This document shows positions 19,532-29,475 of a stretch of 64,000 nucleotides of DNA, one piece after another. The notes beneath the pieces are model-generated. The model made no database searches. It was not told where the DNA came from and was given only the letters and a program-made list of their open reading frames with translations. Position numbers and translations under genes: made by a program. The first letter of the stretch is position 1, and each line of letters opens with the position of its first letter. Origin of the DNA: an uncultured Fibrobacteria bacterium (lineage in GTDB: Bacteria; Fibrobacterota; Fibrobacteria; UBA11236); the NCBI GenBank assembly GCA_963716395.1, contig OY970309.1, positions 1,888,001 through 1,952,000 on the forward strand, in the 5' to 3' direction.

Positions 19532-21484
19532 ATGTGCGGCATCTCCGGCTATTTCGCCTTTGCCGGTCCGGTGGAAGATCCATCGGCCTTGCAACGCATG
19601 AACCGGGCCGTGGCCCATCGCGGGCCCGACGGCGAAGGTTTGTTTCTGTTACAACGCGCCACGGGCCAGGCGCGCGCGTTTTGCGGAACGCGCACGCCCA
19701 TGACACCGCCCGAACTCGGCCCCTGCGCATCGGATTTTCGCTTCGCACATGATGTGGCCCTGGGCCATCGCCGCTTCGCCATCCTGGATTTGAGTCCGGG
19801 CGGGCATCAACCGCTGGTCGGCGACGGCGGCGCGATGGCGCTGTGCTTCAATGGGGAGATTTACAACTATGTGGAACTACGCGCCGAATTGGAAAAGTCG
19901 GGCGCGATCTTCCGCACGCGCGGCGACGCTGAAGTGCTGCTGCAAGCCTACCGCCATTGGGGCGAAGCGTGCTTCGAGCGCCTTGCCGGTTTTTGGGCCC
20001 TGGCTTTGTGGGACCAAAAACACGGTCTTTTGCTGGCGCGCGACCGGCTGGGCAAGGCGCCGCTGTATCATACATGTTACGGGGGGCGCCGGTGGTGGAG
20101 TTCGGAAATCAAGGGGCTGTTGGCCGCCGCGGGCCGCCGCGCCTTCGCGGTCCGGCCGCAGGCCGCGGCGTGGTTCGCGCGCGCGGGGTTGCGCGACTTC
20201 GGGGGCGAAACTTTTTTCCAGGGCATCCGCACCTTTCCCGCGGCCAGCTTTGCCTGGGTGCGTGAAGACGGCGACTTCGCGCTGCGGCGCTTTTGGCGGC
20301 CGCCCGCCGCGCGGCTGCGCCCTTCCGAAATCTCGGCAGCCGAGGCGGCGGTTGAATTGCGCCAGCGCCTCTTCGCGGCCGTGTCGCTGCGGCTGCGCGC
20401 CGATGCGCCCGTGGGGTTGGAATTAAGCGGCGGTCTCGACAGCTCGACCCTGGCGGCTTTCGCGGCCCGCGCCGCCGAACCGTCGGCGCCGCCTTTTGCG
20501 GCCTTCACCGTCGGCTTTCCCGACACAGCCTGGAATGAAGCGCCCTTTGCCCGGCAAGTTCTCGCGTGTTGGCCTGGGCGTTTCACCCCGCGCGAACTTG
20601 TGCCCGACGCGCACGCCGTGCTGCGAGGCCTGGCCGCCTTTCACACGCACATGGATGAACCCATCCATTCCCCCAACATGGTGATCAACCAGGAAATTTG
20701 GCGGCGCATGGCCGCCGAGGGTATCCGCGTGAGTTTGAACGGAGCGGGCGGCGACGAAGTGTTCGCCGGCTACGGCAGCGAATATTTCGGGCCCTTTGTG
20801 CGCGGATTGATCGAACGGGGCCGCTTCGCCACCGCGGCGCGCGAGTTCGTCCGCTGCAGCGAACGCCCGCCGCATTCGGCGGCGGCGTGGCTGCGACTGG
20901 CCTGGATGTTGCTGCCAGAAGGTTTCCGCCGCGGCGTGCGTCCGCCTTTTCCCGCCCAAGAGATCGACCCCCTGCGGTGGCCGCGCGGCGCCTGGCCCGA
21001 AGCTTCTCCCGAGTTCGCGCAGCGGCTGCTGGATCATCTCGGCGATTACAAAATGAATTACTGGCTACGATCGGGAAACACTTCGTGCATGGGCGTGCCG
21101 CTCGAAGTGCGGCTGCCCCTGCTCGATCACCGCGTGGTGGAATGGGCCTGCCGGTTGCCGCCGGAATATTTAATCCGCGACGGCTGGCTCAAATGGATTT
21201 TGCGCCGGGCCGTCGAACCCTGGCTGCCGCCCGAGGTCACTTGGCGGCGGGTCAAAATGGGATTTCCCTTTCCTTTGGCCGCATGGCTGCGAACGGTCAA
21301 GCCGGCTTTGATGGCCTTGGGCCGGGGCGACGCGCCCGACTTTCTGGATCGCGGACGATTGTTCCGCCATTATGATTTCCTGGCCCATCGGTATCCGGCG
21401 TATTTGTGGCGCTGCGTGTCGGTGCTGTTGTGGTGGAAGGTCGCGGTGAACGGCGAAACGCCGGTTCTCGACGCCGCGACGTGA
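19532..21484 (+). CDS. asnB: Asparagine synthase-like glutamine amidotransferase (glycan amidation)
   Basis: MCGI, HRGPDG, FNGEIYN, LSGGLDSS, GAGGDEVFAGY. Confidence 0.93.
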   Translation: MCGISGYFAFAGPVEDPSALQRMNRAVAHRGPDGEGLFLLQRATGQARAFCGTRTPMTPPELGPCASDFRFAHDVALGHRRFAILDLSPGGHQPLVGDGGAMALCFNGEIYNYVELRAELEKSGAIFRTRGDAEVLLQAYRHWGEACFERLAGFWALALWDQKHGLLLARDRLGKAPLYHTCYGGRRWWSSEIKGLLAAAGRRAFAVRPQAAAWFARAGLRDFGGETFFQGIRTFPAASFAWVREDGDFALRRFWRPPAARLRPSEISAAEAAVELRQRLFAAVSLRLRADAPVGLELSGGLDSSTLAAFAARAAEPSAPPFAAFTVGFPDTAWNEAPFARQVLACWPGRFTPRELVPDAHAVLRGLAAFHTHMDEPIHSPNMVINQEIWRRMAAEGIRVSLNGAGGDEVFAGYGSEYFGPFVRGLIERGRFATAAREFVRCSERPPHSAAAWLRLAWMLLPEGFRRGVRPPFPAQEIDPLRWPRGAWPEASPEFAQRLLDHLGDYKMNYWLRSGNTSCMGVPLEVRLPLLDHRVVEWACRLPPEYLIRDGWLKWILRRAVEPWLPPEVTWRRVKMGFPFPLAAWLRTVKPALMALGRGDAPDFLDRGRLFRHYDFLAHRYPAYLWRCVSVLLWWKVAVNGETPVLDAAT

Positions 21485-21498
21485 TGAGGAGTTTCCGA

Positions 21499-23052
21499 TT
21501 ATTCCACCGCAAAAATCCGGTAATCAAAAACATTTTGTTGCCAGGGTAATGCGGAAGGTTTGTCCTTCCCCGTGTAAATCGCTTCAAAGAGGGGGGAAAG
21601 TTTTTGGGCGTCTGGATTTAATACCACAAAACGAACTCCACGACGCTTACAGGCGGAAATGAAATCCGCCATCGAATCCACGGGAAACTCCGGAAACTCC
21701 CGATTGTACAAATACGTTCCCCAACGCGGCGCGCCCCCATTGAAATACGGTATTTGATCGGGTAAAGTGCGGAAATACAAATCGAAGTCGCTGGTAAAAA
21801 CCTGAGTCGCTTTCCGCACTCCTAGGTCGCGCAGGTCGGCCTCAATGGCATGAAAGTCCCGTTGCAGGGTAGAGCGCTTCTCAAGCAAACGAAAATCCCG
21901 CAGGAGATTCACCCCAAGCATCAAGGCCACCAGAGTCCAGGCGCCCCAGGTCACCCACGCCGTCCTCCGATGGGAGAGAACATTCCCGTCGAATCGGTAT
22001 TCCCATGCCGTCAGCATCACCATTCCCAAGGCCAGCATGGATAGTGGCAACGCCAGTAAAATTTGCCTTCCACTCGTGGTCGCGGAAAACATCAGAAAAT
22101 AAATTGCCTCCCATGCCGCCACGATCCGCATCATCCATTTCCGCTGCGGGTGACGAACCCACAGAGCGGCGATGAGGGGCGGCCCATAGGCCTGTTTAAA
22201 AGACCATAGGGCCGTCAGATATTTTTTTAGGAATAACGCCGGATCCCCGGCGATGATGGCTCCAACCGAACCGGGCAATTTCAAATCCAAGGTGCGATGC
22301 CAGTTGATTCCATACATCAAGTCGTACACATTCATGGGACCGAATTGGGTTTCCAACAGGCCATGACCGCTGGCGAGGTTCACGGCCCATTGCAGGCTAT
22401 AGACCGTGAACACACCCGCCGAAACCGTGGCCATCGTTTTCCAAAGTTGGGGACGTATCACCACAATCGCCAGCACCAACATGCCATCGGCCACCAAAAC
22501 ATGGTAACGGAACAACGCCCCCAAACCCAGCAGGAATCCCGCCGCCAGGAAACCCCGGCTGGGTGCGGCCTGGGGCGAATCGAAGAGCCGAGAGAAAATC
22601 AGCGCGATCCCGGCGGTGAAAAAAAACAAGGCCGCCGGATCGCCGCCCCCCGCGTTCATGTAATGGAAGAACTGCACGAACAGCGAAAGTGACACCAAGG
22701 ACAGCAAGGCGAATCCCGGCGGCAGGATTTTACGGAACAGCCAACCCGAAACCGCGAGGGTCAGGGTTCCGAAGGCGACATTGACCAGAATGGCGGGACC
22801 CGCGGGATTTCCATCGCCCAGGATGAGTTTGAGCAGCAAGCCGCATCCCACCGGGTATTGCGGGTTAAACCACGATTGCCGATCCGCCCAATGCAAATGC
22901 CGGGCGTAAAACACCGTGTCCCAAAAATCATTGTGGTATTGCTGGAAATCCAAACCCCAATTCAATGCCAACGACCCAAGCGCGAAACACAGGGGAACGA
23001 TTAACCAGCCATAGCACAAAATGCCACGAGGTCTGCTGGCAGGACTATGCAA
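21499..23052 (-). CDS. Multi-TM membrane protein, probable GT-C (ArnT/PMT-like) glycosyltransferase
   Basis: Many TM helices; QYPVG motif; coupled to GT2; lower GC; TTG start inferred. Confidence 0.7.
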   Translation of the reverse strand: MHSPASRPRGILCYGWLIVPLCFALGSLALNWGLDFQQYHNDFWDTVFYARHLHWADRQSWFNPQYPVGCGLLLKLILGDGNPAGPAILVNVAFGTLTLAVSGWLFRKILPPGFALLSLVSLSLFVQFFHYMNAGGGDPAALFFFTAGIALIFSRLFDSPQAAPSRGFLAAGFLLGLGALFRYHVLVADGMLVLAIVVIRPQLWKTMATVSAGVFTVYSLQWAVNLASGHGLLETQFGPMNVYDLMYGINWHRTLDLKLPGSVGAIIAGDPALFLKKYLTALWSFKQAYGPPLIAALWVRHPQRKWMMRIVAAWEAIYFLMFSATTSGRQILLALPLSMLALGMVMLTAWEYRFDGNVLSHRRTAWVTWGAWTLVALMLGVNLLRDFRLLEKRSTLQRDFHAIEADLRDLGVRKATQVFTSDFDLYFRTLPDQIPYFNGGAPRWGTYLYNREFPEFPVDSMADFISACKRRGVRFVVLNPDAQKLSPLFEAIYTGKDKPSALPWQQNVFDYRIFAVE

Positions 23053-23806
23053 GGCGCGGGGGCCTTTCCCGGAATAAACGGGATCGCCGCCAACCCCGCC
23101 GGTGCAACAGGTAAACGATTGAGGTCGCCACCACGCCCAATCCGTAGTAAACGCTGGCGCCGAATTTAATGGTAGACGCTTCCGGAAAATACTTGGTGGG
23201 GCAGGTGATTTCGGCGATGGAAAAACCGCGCTGGAAAATCTGGACAATCATCTGGTTGTCGAACAGAAACCCATTGGAATTGGCATGGTAATTCACGGAG
23301 GCCAGTACTTCCTTGGAATAAGCCCGGTACCCGGTGTGGTACTCCGATAGTTTTTGCCCTAAGCAAAGGTTTTGCAGCAAAGTGAGGAACCGATTGGCCG
23401 CATACTTGTAGCGCGGCATTCCGCCCCGCAAGGCCTGGCCGCCGAGAATACGCGAACCAAAGACCACGGGGTACACGCCGTTTGCAATTACGCTGGCCAT
23501 GGCCGACACCAGTTTCGGGGTGTATTGGTAATCGGGGTGGATCATGATGACCATATCCGCGCCCAGTTCCAACGCCTTGTCATAGCACGTTTTTTGGTTG
23601 CCACCGTATCCGCGTCGATGATCATGCACGACGACATGTCGGATCCCCAACGTCACCGCAAGCGCGGAGGTTTCATCCACGCTCGCGTCGTCCACCAAGA
23701 CCACGTCGTCGACGATATCGAAGGGCAATTCTCGGTAAGTTTTTTCCAGGGTGGCCGCCGCGTTCAGCGCGGGCAAAACCACTACCAATTTTTTACCGAG
23801 GAGCAT
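23045..23806 (-). CDS. Glycosyltransferase family 2 (polyprenol-phosphate sugar synthase-like)
   Basis: LVDDAS, GYGGNQKTCY, HPDYQY, EYHTGYRAY. Confidence 0.93.
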   Translation of the reverse strand: MLLGKKLVVVLPALNAAATLEKTYRELPFDIVDDVVLVDDASVDETSALAVTLGIRHVVVHDHRRGYGGNQKTCYDKALELGADMVIMIHPDYQYTPKLVSAMASVIANGVYPVVFGSRILGGQALRGGMPRYKYAANRFLTLLQNLCLGQKLSEYHTGYRAYSKEVLASVNYHANSNGFLFDNQMIVQIFQRGFSIAEITCPTKYFPEASTIKFGASVYYGLGVVATSIVYLLHRRGWRRSRLFRERPPRLA

Positions 23807-23991
23807 GATGCGTTAATGTACCCAACTCGAACGGGTCCACAGCAGCTCGTCTTCGCAGGTGTTGCGCCGGTCCTGCCGGGAGGACTTGCGCAAGGTCTTC
23901 CCCCATCGCGGCGTGGCCCGGCCATGCTGCATGCGATCTACTCCCGATTTTGCGAACACTCCTACCTGGGTGTAGGCAAAATCGGGGAAGA

Positions 23992-24760
23992 TCATGGCTT
24001 GCGCGCCACGAAAATCCAGGCCTCGCCGTCGTCTTCATCCCCAGCGTCGAGGCGGCAGCGTTCGATCTCTTCGCGGCCCAGTTGCTCTGCATAGCGCACG
24101 GCTTCGACCCCGAAGCCCGCGGCACGCACCCGATCCGTGAAATCACTTCCGTAAAAACGCACGTGATCGAATTGTCCGAAACGCCGATGCCGCGCGGCGG
24201 GATCGACGACAGAGGCGTCTTCGTCGGTGGGGCCTGTGCGCAGCGGCACCTGTATGACTGCCGCGCCGCCCGGACGCAAGACGCGCCGCAGCTGGCGCAG
24301 CGCCCCGCGGTCATCGGGTATGTGTTCCAGCACGTGGCTGCACAAAATCAGATCGAAGCGTTCCGATTGCATGCCCAGGTGCGCAATGTCGACGGCAACG
24401 CTCCCGCGACCGGGTTCGCGATCCGCGGCGACATAGCGCAGTGCTCGGCAAAGATTCCAACCGGTGCCGCAGGCCGGGTTCCGGGGCGAAGTGCAGAACC
24501 GACACGGGCTTGGATCCCAACGCCATTTCGCGATCCAGGAACAACCACAAAAGACGGTGCCGTTCCAAAGACAGGCAACCCGGACACATGGCTTCGTCGC
24601 GGGGCGGATCGCCTTTGGGCAGAAAGCGGCGAAAGCGACCGCCGCAAACCGGGCAATGGCGATGATGCCCCCGCAGCCAAAGACCGCGCAAACGGTAATA
24701 GGCGGGTCGCAGACAGGCTTTCCAGGGGCGCACTTGGGGCGATGGGGCCGGGTTGAACAA
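23992..24760 (-). pseudogene. Class I SAM-dependent methyltransferase with N-terminal Zn-ribbon, frameshifted near 24443
   Basis: CPVC..CPGC..ERHR..VLHFAPE in one frame, then LRYVAADRE..CSHVLEHIPDD in another; may be a sequencing error. Confidence 0.85.
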
Positions 24761-24826
24761 GTCTGGGAAAGTTACAATCAGGGTGTTTGCGCGGGCGGGG
24801 AACGGCCATGCGCGCGAGGTAGGGTT

Positions 24827-25963
24827 TTAACCCGCCCCGGTAAATTGTTCCAGGGGAACCGCCTCTACGCGGTTCGAAATCGCGTAACGCTTTTCACCCG
24901 GATAAACGACCCATAATTCATCGAGCTTTAAATCGTGCCGCGCAATGCGCAGGGAGGGCGTCAAGGTCGGCGCATCCGCGCGTTTGCATTCCACGCCGAT
25001 GCGTTTGCCCCGCCGGAACAAAAGCAAATCCAATTTCGCGCCGTTATGGGTGGCCCAAAAATAGGTCTCGTCCGGCGCGCGGGCCTTGAGGATTTCCTCA
25101 ACCGCGTATCCTTCCCAGGAGGCGCCCACCTTGGGGTGCATTTCCAAATCCCGCCGCGTGCCGATGCCGAGCAGCGCGTGCAGCAGCCCGCTGTCGCGGA
25201 CGTAAATTTTCGGCGCCTTGACCTGCCGCTTTCCGAGGTTTTCGAACCAAGGCGGAAGCTGGCGCACCATGAACACGTCGGTCAGGAGATCCAGATAGCG
25301 CCGGATGGTCGTTTCGCCCAACCCCATGGCGCGCGCCAATTCGGCGCCGTTCCAGATCCGGCCGTGGTAATGCGCCAACATGTTCCAGAAACGCCGCAAC
25401 GTGGCGGCGGGAATGGTGACGCCGAGCTGGGGCATGTCCCGCTCCAGGAAGGTCTGGATGAATTGGTTTCTCCATGCCAACGAATCGGCCTCCGAACGCG
25501 CCGTATACGCCAGGGGGTAACCTCCCCGTAGCCAATGCCGGGGCTGGGCCTTGGCCCCCAAATCGCCCAGTCGAAAGCCCTCCAAGGTCAGGGTTTCCAT
25601 ACGCCCGGCCAGGGATTCGGAGCTTTGTTTCAGCAATGCAGGCGTGGCGCTGCCGAGGATGAGAAAACGCGCGGGCAGGGGCCGGCGATCCGCCAGTACG
25701 CGCAGAAGGGGAAACAACTCGGGGCGGCGCTGGATTTCATCCAGCACCACGAGACCCTTGAGGGGGCGCAACGCGGTGTCGGGCTCCTGCAGGCGGGCGA
25801 GGCTGCGCGGATCTTCCAGGTCGAAGTAATTCAGCGATGTCGGCGGAACCAGGGAGCGGACCAAGGTGGTTTTACCGCTTTGCCGGGGGCCCAGCAAGGC
25901 CACCACGCGGGCGCGTTTCAGGGCGGAGCGAAGGCGCGCCAGATCGGCGGGACGGGTGAGCAT
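24827..25963 (-). CDS. AAA_14 / DUF4143 ATP-binding protein
   Basis: GPRQSGKTT, LDEIQ, LGSA, ESLAGR, KAPKIYVRDSG. Confidence 0.92.
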   Translation of the reverse strand: MLTRPADLARLRSALKRARVVALLGPRQSGKTTLVRSLVPPTSLNYFDLEDPRSLARLQEPDTALRPLKGLVVLDEIQRRPELFPLLRVLADRRPLPARFLILGSATPALLKQSSESLAGRMETLTLEGFRLGDLGAKAQPRHWLRGGYPLAYTARSEADSLAWRNQFIQTFLERDMPQLGVTIPAATLRRFWNMLAHYHGRIWNGAELARAMGLGETTIRRYLDLLTDVFMVRQLPPWFENLGKRQVKAPKIYVRDSGLLHALLGIGTRRDLEMHPKVGASWEGYAVEEILKARAPDETYFWATHNGAKLDLLLFRRGKRIGVECKRADAPTLTPSLRIARHDLKLDELWVVYPGEKRYAISNRVEAVPLEQFTGAG

Positions 25964-25981
25964 GATGACAAGATACCATAT

Positions 25982-26020
25982 ACCATGAAATTCCACCACT
26001 TGTAGGATGAATTTCATGGT
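25982..26020. promoter_or_regulatory. 12-bp perfect inverted repeat (operator-like) over the AAA gene promoter
   Basis: ACCATGAAATTC-N15-GAATTTCATGGT adjacent to extended -10 TGGTATCTT. Confidence 0.6.
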
Positions 26021-26195
26021 GTCAAAAATACCCTTCCCGATCCCGAAGCGCTTTTCCCCCAAGGCGTAAATCCATCGCCTGCGGTGGGGGGAACTCCCCG
26101 GATCGGGGCGGGGCCTTTTCCAAAAAGGATCGAGACCCTTTTTGCGGTGCCGGCGTTGCAAAAAGGGTATTTTACGCCTTCGCAAAGGAAGCACC

Positions 26196-27386
26196 GTGAG
26201 CAAACCGGCCCTGGACGGCGGCAAACCCGTGCGGTCCCGCAAAAATTTTCTGGTGTTCGGCGCGCCGCAAATCGGGCCCGAAGAGATCGCGGGCGTGGTC
26301 GATTCGCTGCGCCGCCGGTGGATCGGCACCGGCCCCAAGGTCGCCGCCTTCGAGCAGGCCTTCGCGGCCTACAAAGGCGCGATTGCCGTGGCCGTCAACT
26401 CTGGCACCGCGGCCCTGCATTTGTCGATTCTGTCTCTGGGCATCGGCCCCGGCGACGAAGTCATCACCACGCCCATGACTTTTTGCGCCACGGTCAACGC
26501 CATTCTGCACGCCGGCGCACAACCGGTACTGGCCGACTGCGATCCGGTTTCGCTCAATCTCGATCCCGCGCACGTCGAGCGCAAAATCACCCGGCGCACC
26601 AAGGCCGTTTTGCCCGTGCATTTCGCCGGCCGCGCCTGCGACATGCGCGCCCTGATGCGCCTGGCCAAGGCGCATCGACTGCGCGTGGTCGAAGATTGCG
26701 CCCATGCCCTTGAAACCGAAACCATGGGCCGCAAGGCCGGCACCTTCGGCGATCTGGGCTGCTTCAGTTTCTACGTCACGAAAAACCTGACCACGGCCGA
26801 AGGCGGCATGGTGATCACCGCGCGGCAAAACCTGGCCGATCGCATCAAGCGCCTGGCCTTGCACGGCCTGTCTCAGGACGCCTGGAAGCGGTTCTCCGAT
26901 GCGGGCTATGTGCATTACGACGTGGTCGAACCCGGATACAAATACAACATGACCGACTTGCAGGCCGCCATCGGCCTGCCGCAATTGCGTCGCCTCGAGT
27001 CGAATTGGAAGCGCCGCCGCGCGGTCTGGAACCGGTATCAGGAGGCTTTCGCCGATTTGCCGGTGGAGCTTCCGGCCGAAGCGCCGTCCGACGAACGGCA
27101 TGCCTACCATCTGTACACGCCCCGGGTAACGCGCGGGTTTCGCCGGAGCCGCGACTGGGTGTTGGCCGCCCTGACGGCCGAAGGTATCGGCGTGGGCGTA
27201 CATTACCGCGCTTTATGCGACCACCCGTATTATCGGCGCGTCTTGGGCTGGAAGCGCCGCGACTTTCCGGTGGCGGCCGATATCGGGGAACGCACCGTGT
27301 CGCTGCCGCTGTCGGCGGCACTCACCGCACGCGACGTAGACGACGTCATCGCGGCTTTCCGCAAAGTGATGCGGGCCGGAGCCTGA
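26196..27386 (+). CDS. DegT/DnrJ/EryC1/StrS sugar aminotransferase
   Basis: NSGTAALH, EDCAHA, FSFYVTKNLTTAEGG; AAGGA RBS. Confidence 0.93.
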   Translation: MSKPALDGGKPVRSRKNFLVFGAPQIGPEEIAGVVDSLRRRWIGTGPKVAAFEQAFAAYKGAIAVAVNSGTAALHLSILSLGIGPGDEVITTPMTFCATVNAILHAGAQPVLADCDPVSLNLDPAHVERKITRRTKAVLPVHFAGRACDMRALMRLAKAHRLRVVEDCAHALETETMGRKAGTFGDLGCFSFYVTKNLTTAEGGMVITARQNLADRIKRLALHGLSQDAWKRFSDAGYVHYDVVEPGYKYNMTDLQAAIGLPQLRRLESNWKRRRAVWNRYQEAFADLPVELPAEAPSDERHAYHLYTPRVTRGFRRSRDWVLAALTAEGIGVGVHYRALCDHPYYRRVLGWKRRDFPVAADIGERTVSLPLSAALTARDVDDVIAAFRKVMRAGA

Positions 27387-27396
27387 GAGAAATCCC

Positions 27397-28584
27397 ATGG
27401 CTTTCTCTCTGCGCGCACGCGCCTGGCGCTTCATTCTTCTCATGGGCTTCGTCAGCCTGTTCGCCGACATGGCCTACGAGGGCGCACGCGGCCTGGCCGG
27501 TCCCTTTCTGTATTCACTCGGAGCTTCGGCCGCGGTGGTGGGCATGGTCTCGGGCCTGGGGGAATTGGTCGGCTACGCCTTGCGCGTGGTGTTCGGCGCC
27601 TGGAGCCAGCGCACGGGGCGGCATTGGTTCTTCGCCTTGGTGGGCTATGCCGTCAACCTCTGCGCCGTGCCGCTGTTGGCCCTGGCCACCACCTGGCCCG
27701 TAGCCGCGGCGTTACTGGTCTGCGAACGGCTGGGCAAGGCCGTGCGCAGCCCTTCCAAAGACAAGCTCTTGTCGCACGCAGCCGCGGCCGTGGGGCACGG
27801 CAAGGGATTCGGCTTTCATGAAGCCATGGACCAAACCGGCGCCGTGGCCGGGCCCCTGCTCGGTGCCTTGGGGCTGGCGTGGTGGGGCTACCGCGGCGCC
27901 TTCGGCGTGCTGGTTTTTCCGGTGCTGGCGGCCCTTTCCGTCCTGGCGGTGGGGCGTTTCGTGTTTCCCAAGCCGGAACAATTGGAAATCGCGGCGACGG
28001 ATAAAAACGCACCGGACGGGAAACTTCCCCGCGTCTTCTGGATTTACCTCGCAGCCGCGGCCTTGCTGGCCTTCGGGTACGCCGACTTTCCCCTCATCGC
28101 CTATCACTGGCGCAAGGCTTCGCTGCTCGGGGCGGCGCAGGTACCGCTGGCCTATGCCGCGGCCATGGGCGTCGATGCCGTGGCCGCCTTGCTGTTCGGC
28201 ATCTGGTTCGACCGCGTCGGGCTCAAGCTGCTGCCGCTGTCGGCCCTCCTGGCCGGCGCGGCCGTGCCCTTGGTTTTTTCCACCCGCCTGCTTTTCTGCG
28301 GTATCGGTATTGTGCTGTGGGGCCTGGCCCTGGGAGCGCAGGAAAGCACGCTCAAAGCCGGCATCGCCAAACAAATTCCGGCCGGCCAAAGGGCCGGAGC
28401 CTACGGGATTTTCCATGCGGCCTTCGGCGTCGCCTGGTTTTTGGGCAGCGCGGCCATGGGCTGGCTTTACGATTGGAAGCGCGGCGCGGTGGTGGCGTTG
28501 GCCGTGACGGCGCAAGCCGCGGCGGCTTTGGTTTTTTTCTGGGCCGGAAAAGCCGCAGCAACGCGTTTTCCGGCTCCTGCTTGA
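27397..28584 (+). CDS. MFS transporter
   Basis: VSLFADMAYEG, ERLGKAVRSP; about 12 TM segments. Confidence 0.9.
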   Translation: MAFSLRARAWRFILLMGFVSLFADMAYEGARGLAGPFLYSLGASAAVVGMVSGLGELVGYALRVVFGAWSQRTGRHWFFALVGYAVNLCAVPLLALATTWPVAAALLVCERLGKAVRSPSKDKLLSHAAAAVGHGKGFGFHEAMDQTGAVAGPLLGALGLAWWGYRGAFGVLVFPVLAALSVLAVGRFVFPKPEQLEIAATDKNAPDGKLPRVFWIYLAAAALLAFGYADFPLIAYHWRKASLLGAAQVPLAYAAAMGVDAVAALLFGIWFDRVGLKLLPLSALLAGAAVPLVFSTRLLFCGIGIVLWGLALGAQESTLKAGIAKQIPAGQRAGAYGIFHAAFGVAWFLGSAAMGWLYDWKRGAVVALAVTAQAAAALVFFWAGKAAATRFPAPA

Positions 28585-28609
28585 CTCAAGTAGCTACCGT
28601 AGCTACTAT
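28581..28609 (+). promoter_or_regulatory. Sigma70 promoter with palindromic toxin-antitoxin operator
   Basis: TTGACT-17-TACTAT with AGTAGCTAC-C-GTAGCTACT (28589-28607) across the spacer. Confidence 0.8.
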
Positions 28610-28615
28610 ACGGGT

Positions 28616-28927
28616 ATGAAGTCGGTCGGCATCAAAAACCTGAAGAACGGCCTGAGCCGGTATATCGATATGGTGCGCGCAGGCGAAGTGGTGTATGTGA
28701 CCGATCGCGACGAAATCGTGGCCGAAATCCACAAGCCCGTGAGCGCGCCCACGCGCATGCTTTCGCGCTGGGAGGCGTTTCTGAACGAGGAAGAACGCAA
28801 GGGGTCGATCCGGCGGGCACAACCCGTCAACCCGTTGTTCTTCGAGAATTTGAAGAAATTGAAACCGCTACCCGGAACTCCGCATCTGCAGAAGCTCTTG
28901 GACGAAACGCGCGCCGAGCGATTTTAA
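28616..28927 (+). CDS. Phd/YefM-family antitoxin
   Basis: MKSVGIKNLKNGLSRYIDMVRAGEVVYVTDR. Confidence 0.9.
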   Translation: MKSVGIKNLKNGLSRYIDMVRAGEVVYVTDRDEIVAEIHKPVSAPTRMLSRWEAFLNEEERKGSIRRAQPVNPLFFENLKKLKPLPGTPHLQKLLDETRAERF

Positions 28928-28928
28928 C

Positions 28929-29375
28929 GTGAGCAAGGCCTATTTCGATTCCAGCGTGGTGCTGGCCATGCTCCTGGCCGAACCCAATGGATCGGAAGCG
29001 GCCGAAATCTGGAATTCGCACGCGGTAAAACTTGCCTCGGTGCTTTTGTCCGCCGAATGCACGATCAACCTGCGCCGCTACCACGCGCAGGCGACGCGTA
29101 GTCCGGCGGGATGGTTGCAGCGCATCGAATCCTATTTCGATGAAATCTATGGCGGCCTTGTGACCAAGGAAGTGGATGGGGAAATATTGGCCATCATCCG
29201 GCGCGAAAAAATCCTCGCGGAGTGCCGTACGCTCGACGCCATTCATCTGGCCACGGCCCTTTACTTTCGGGAAAAAGCCGAAGAAGACATCCGCATGGTT
29301 TCCTTTGACCGTCGATTCTCTGAAACCGCGCGCCGGCTCAAGTTCAAGGTGGTTTCCAGCGCTGCGGCCCGATGA
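28929..29375 (+). CDS. vapC: PIN-domain VapC toxin
   Basis: YFDSS, TLDAIHLATA, SFDRR. Confidence 0.9.
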   Translation: MSKAYFDSSVVLAMLLAEPNGSEAAEIWNSHAVKLASVLLSAECTINLRRYHAQATRSPAGWLQRIESYFDEIYGGLVTKEVDGEILAIIRREKILAECRTLDAIHLATALYFREKAEEDIRMVSFDRRFSETARRLKFKVVSSAAAR

Positions 29376-29475
29376 ACCTAAAACCGCCGCCACGACACTC
29401 AACGAAGCTGCGCTCGATAGTAACCGCTGGCCGCAAACGGCTTCCCTTTCCGAACTACTTTTGCCCTTGAGCCCC

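Noticed and set aside
23813-23995. 60-aa ORF overlapping the methyltransferase stop
   Set aside because: Runs through a hairpin, has atypical composition and no recognisable motif
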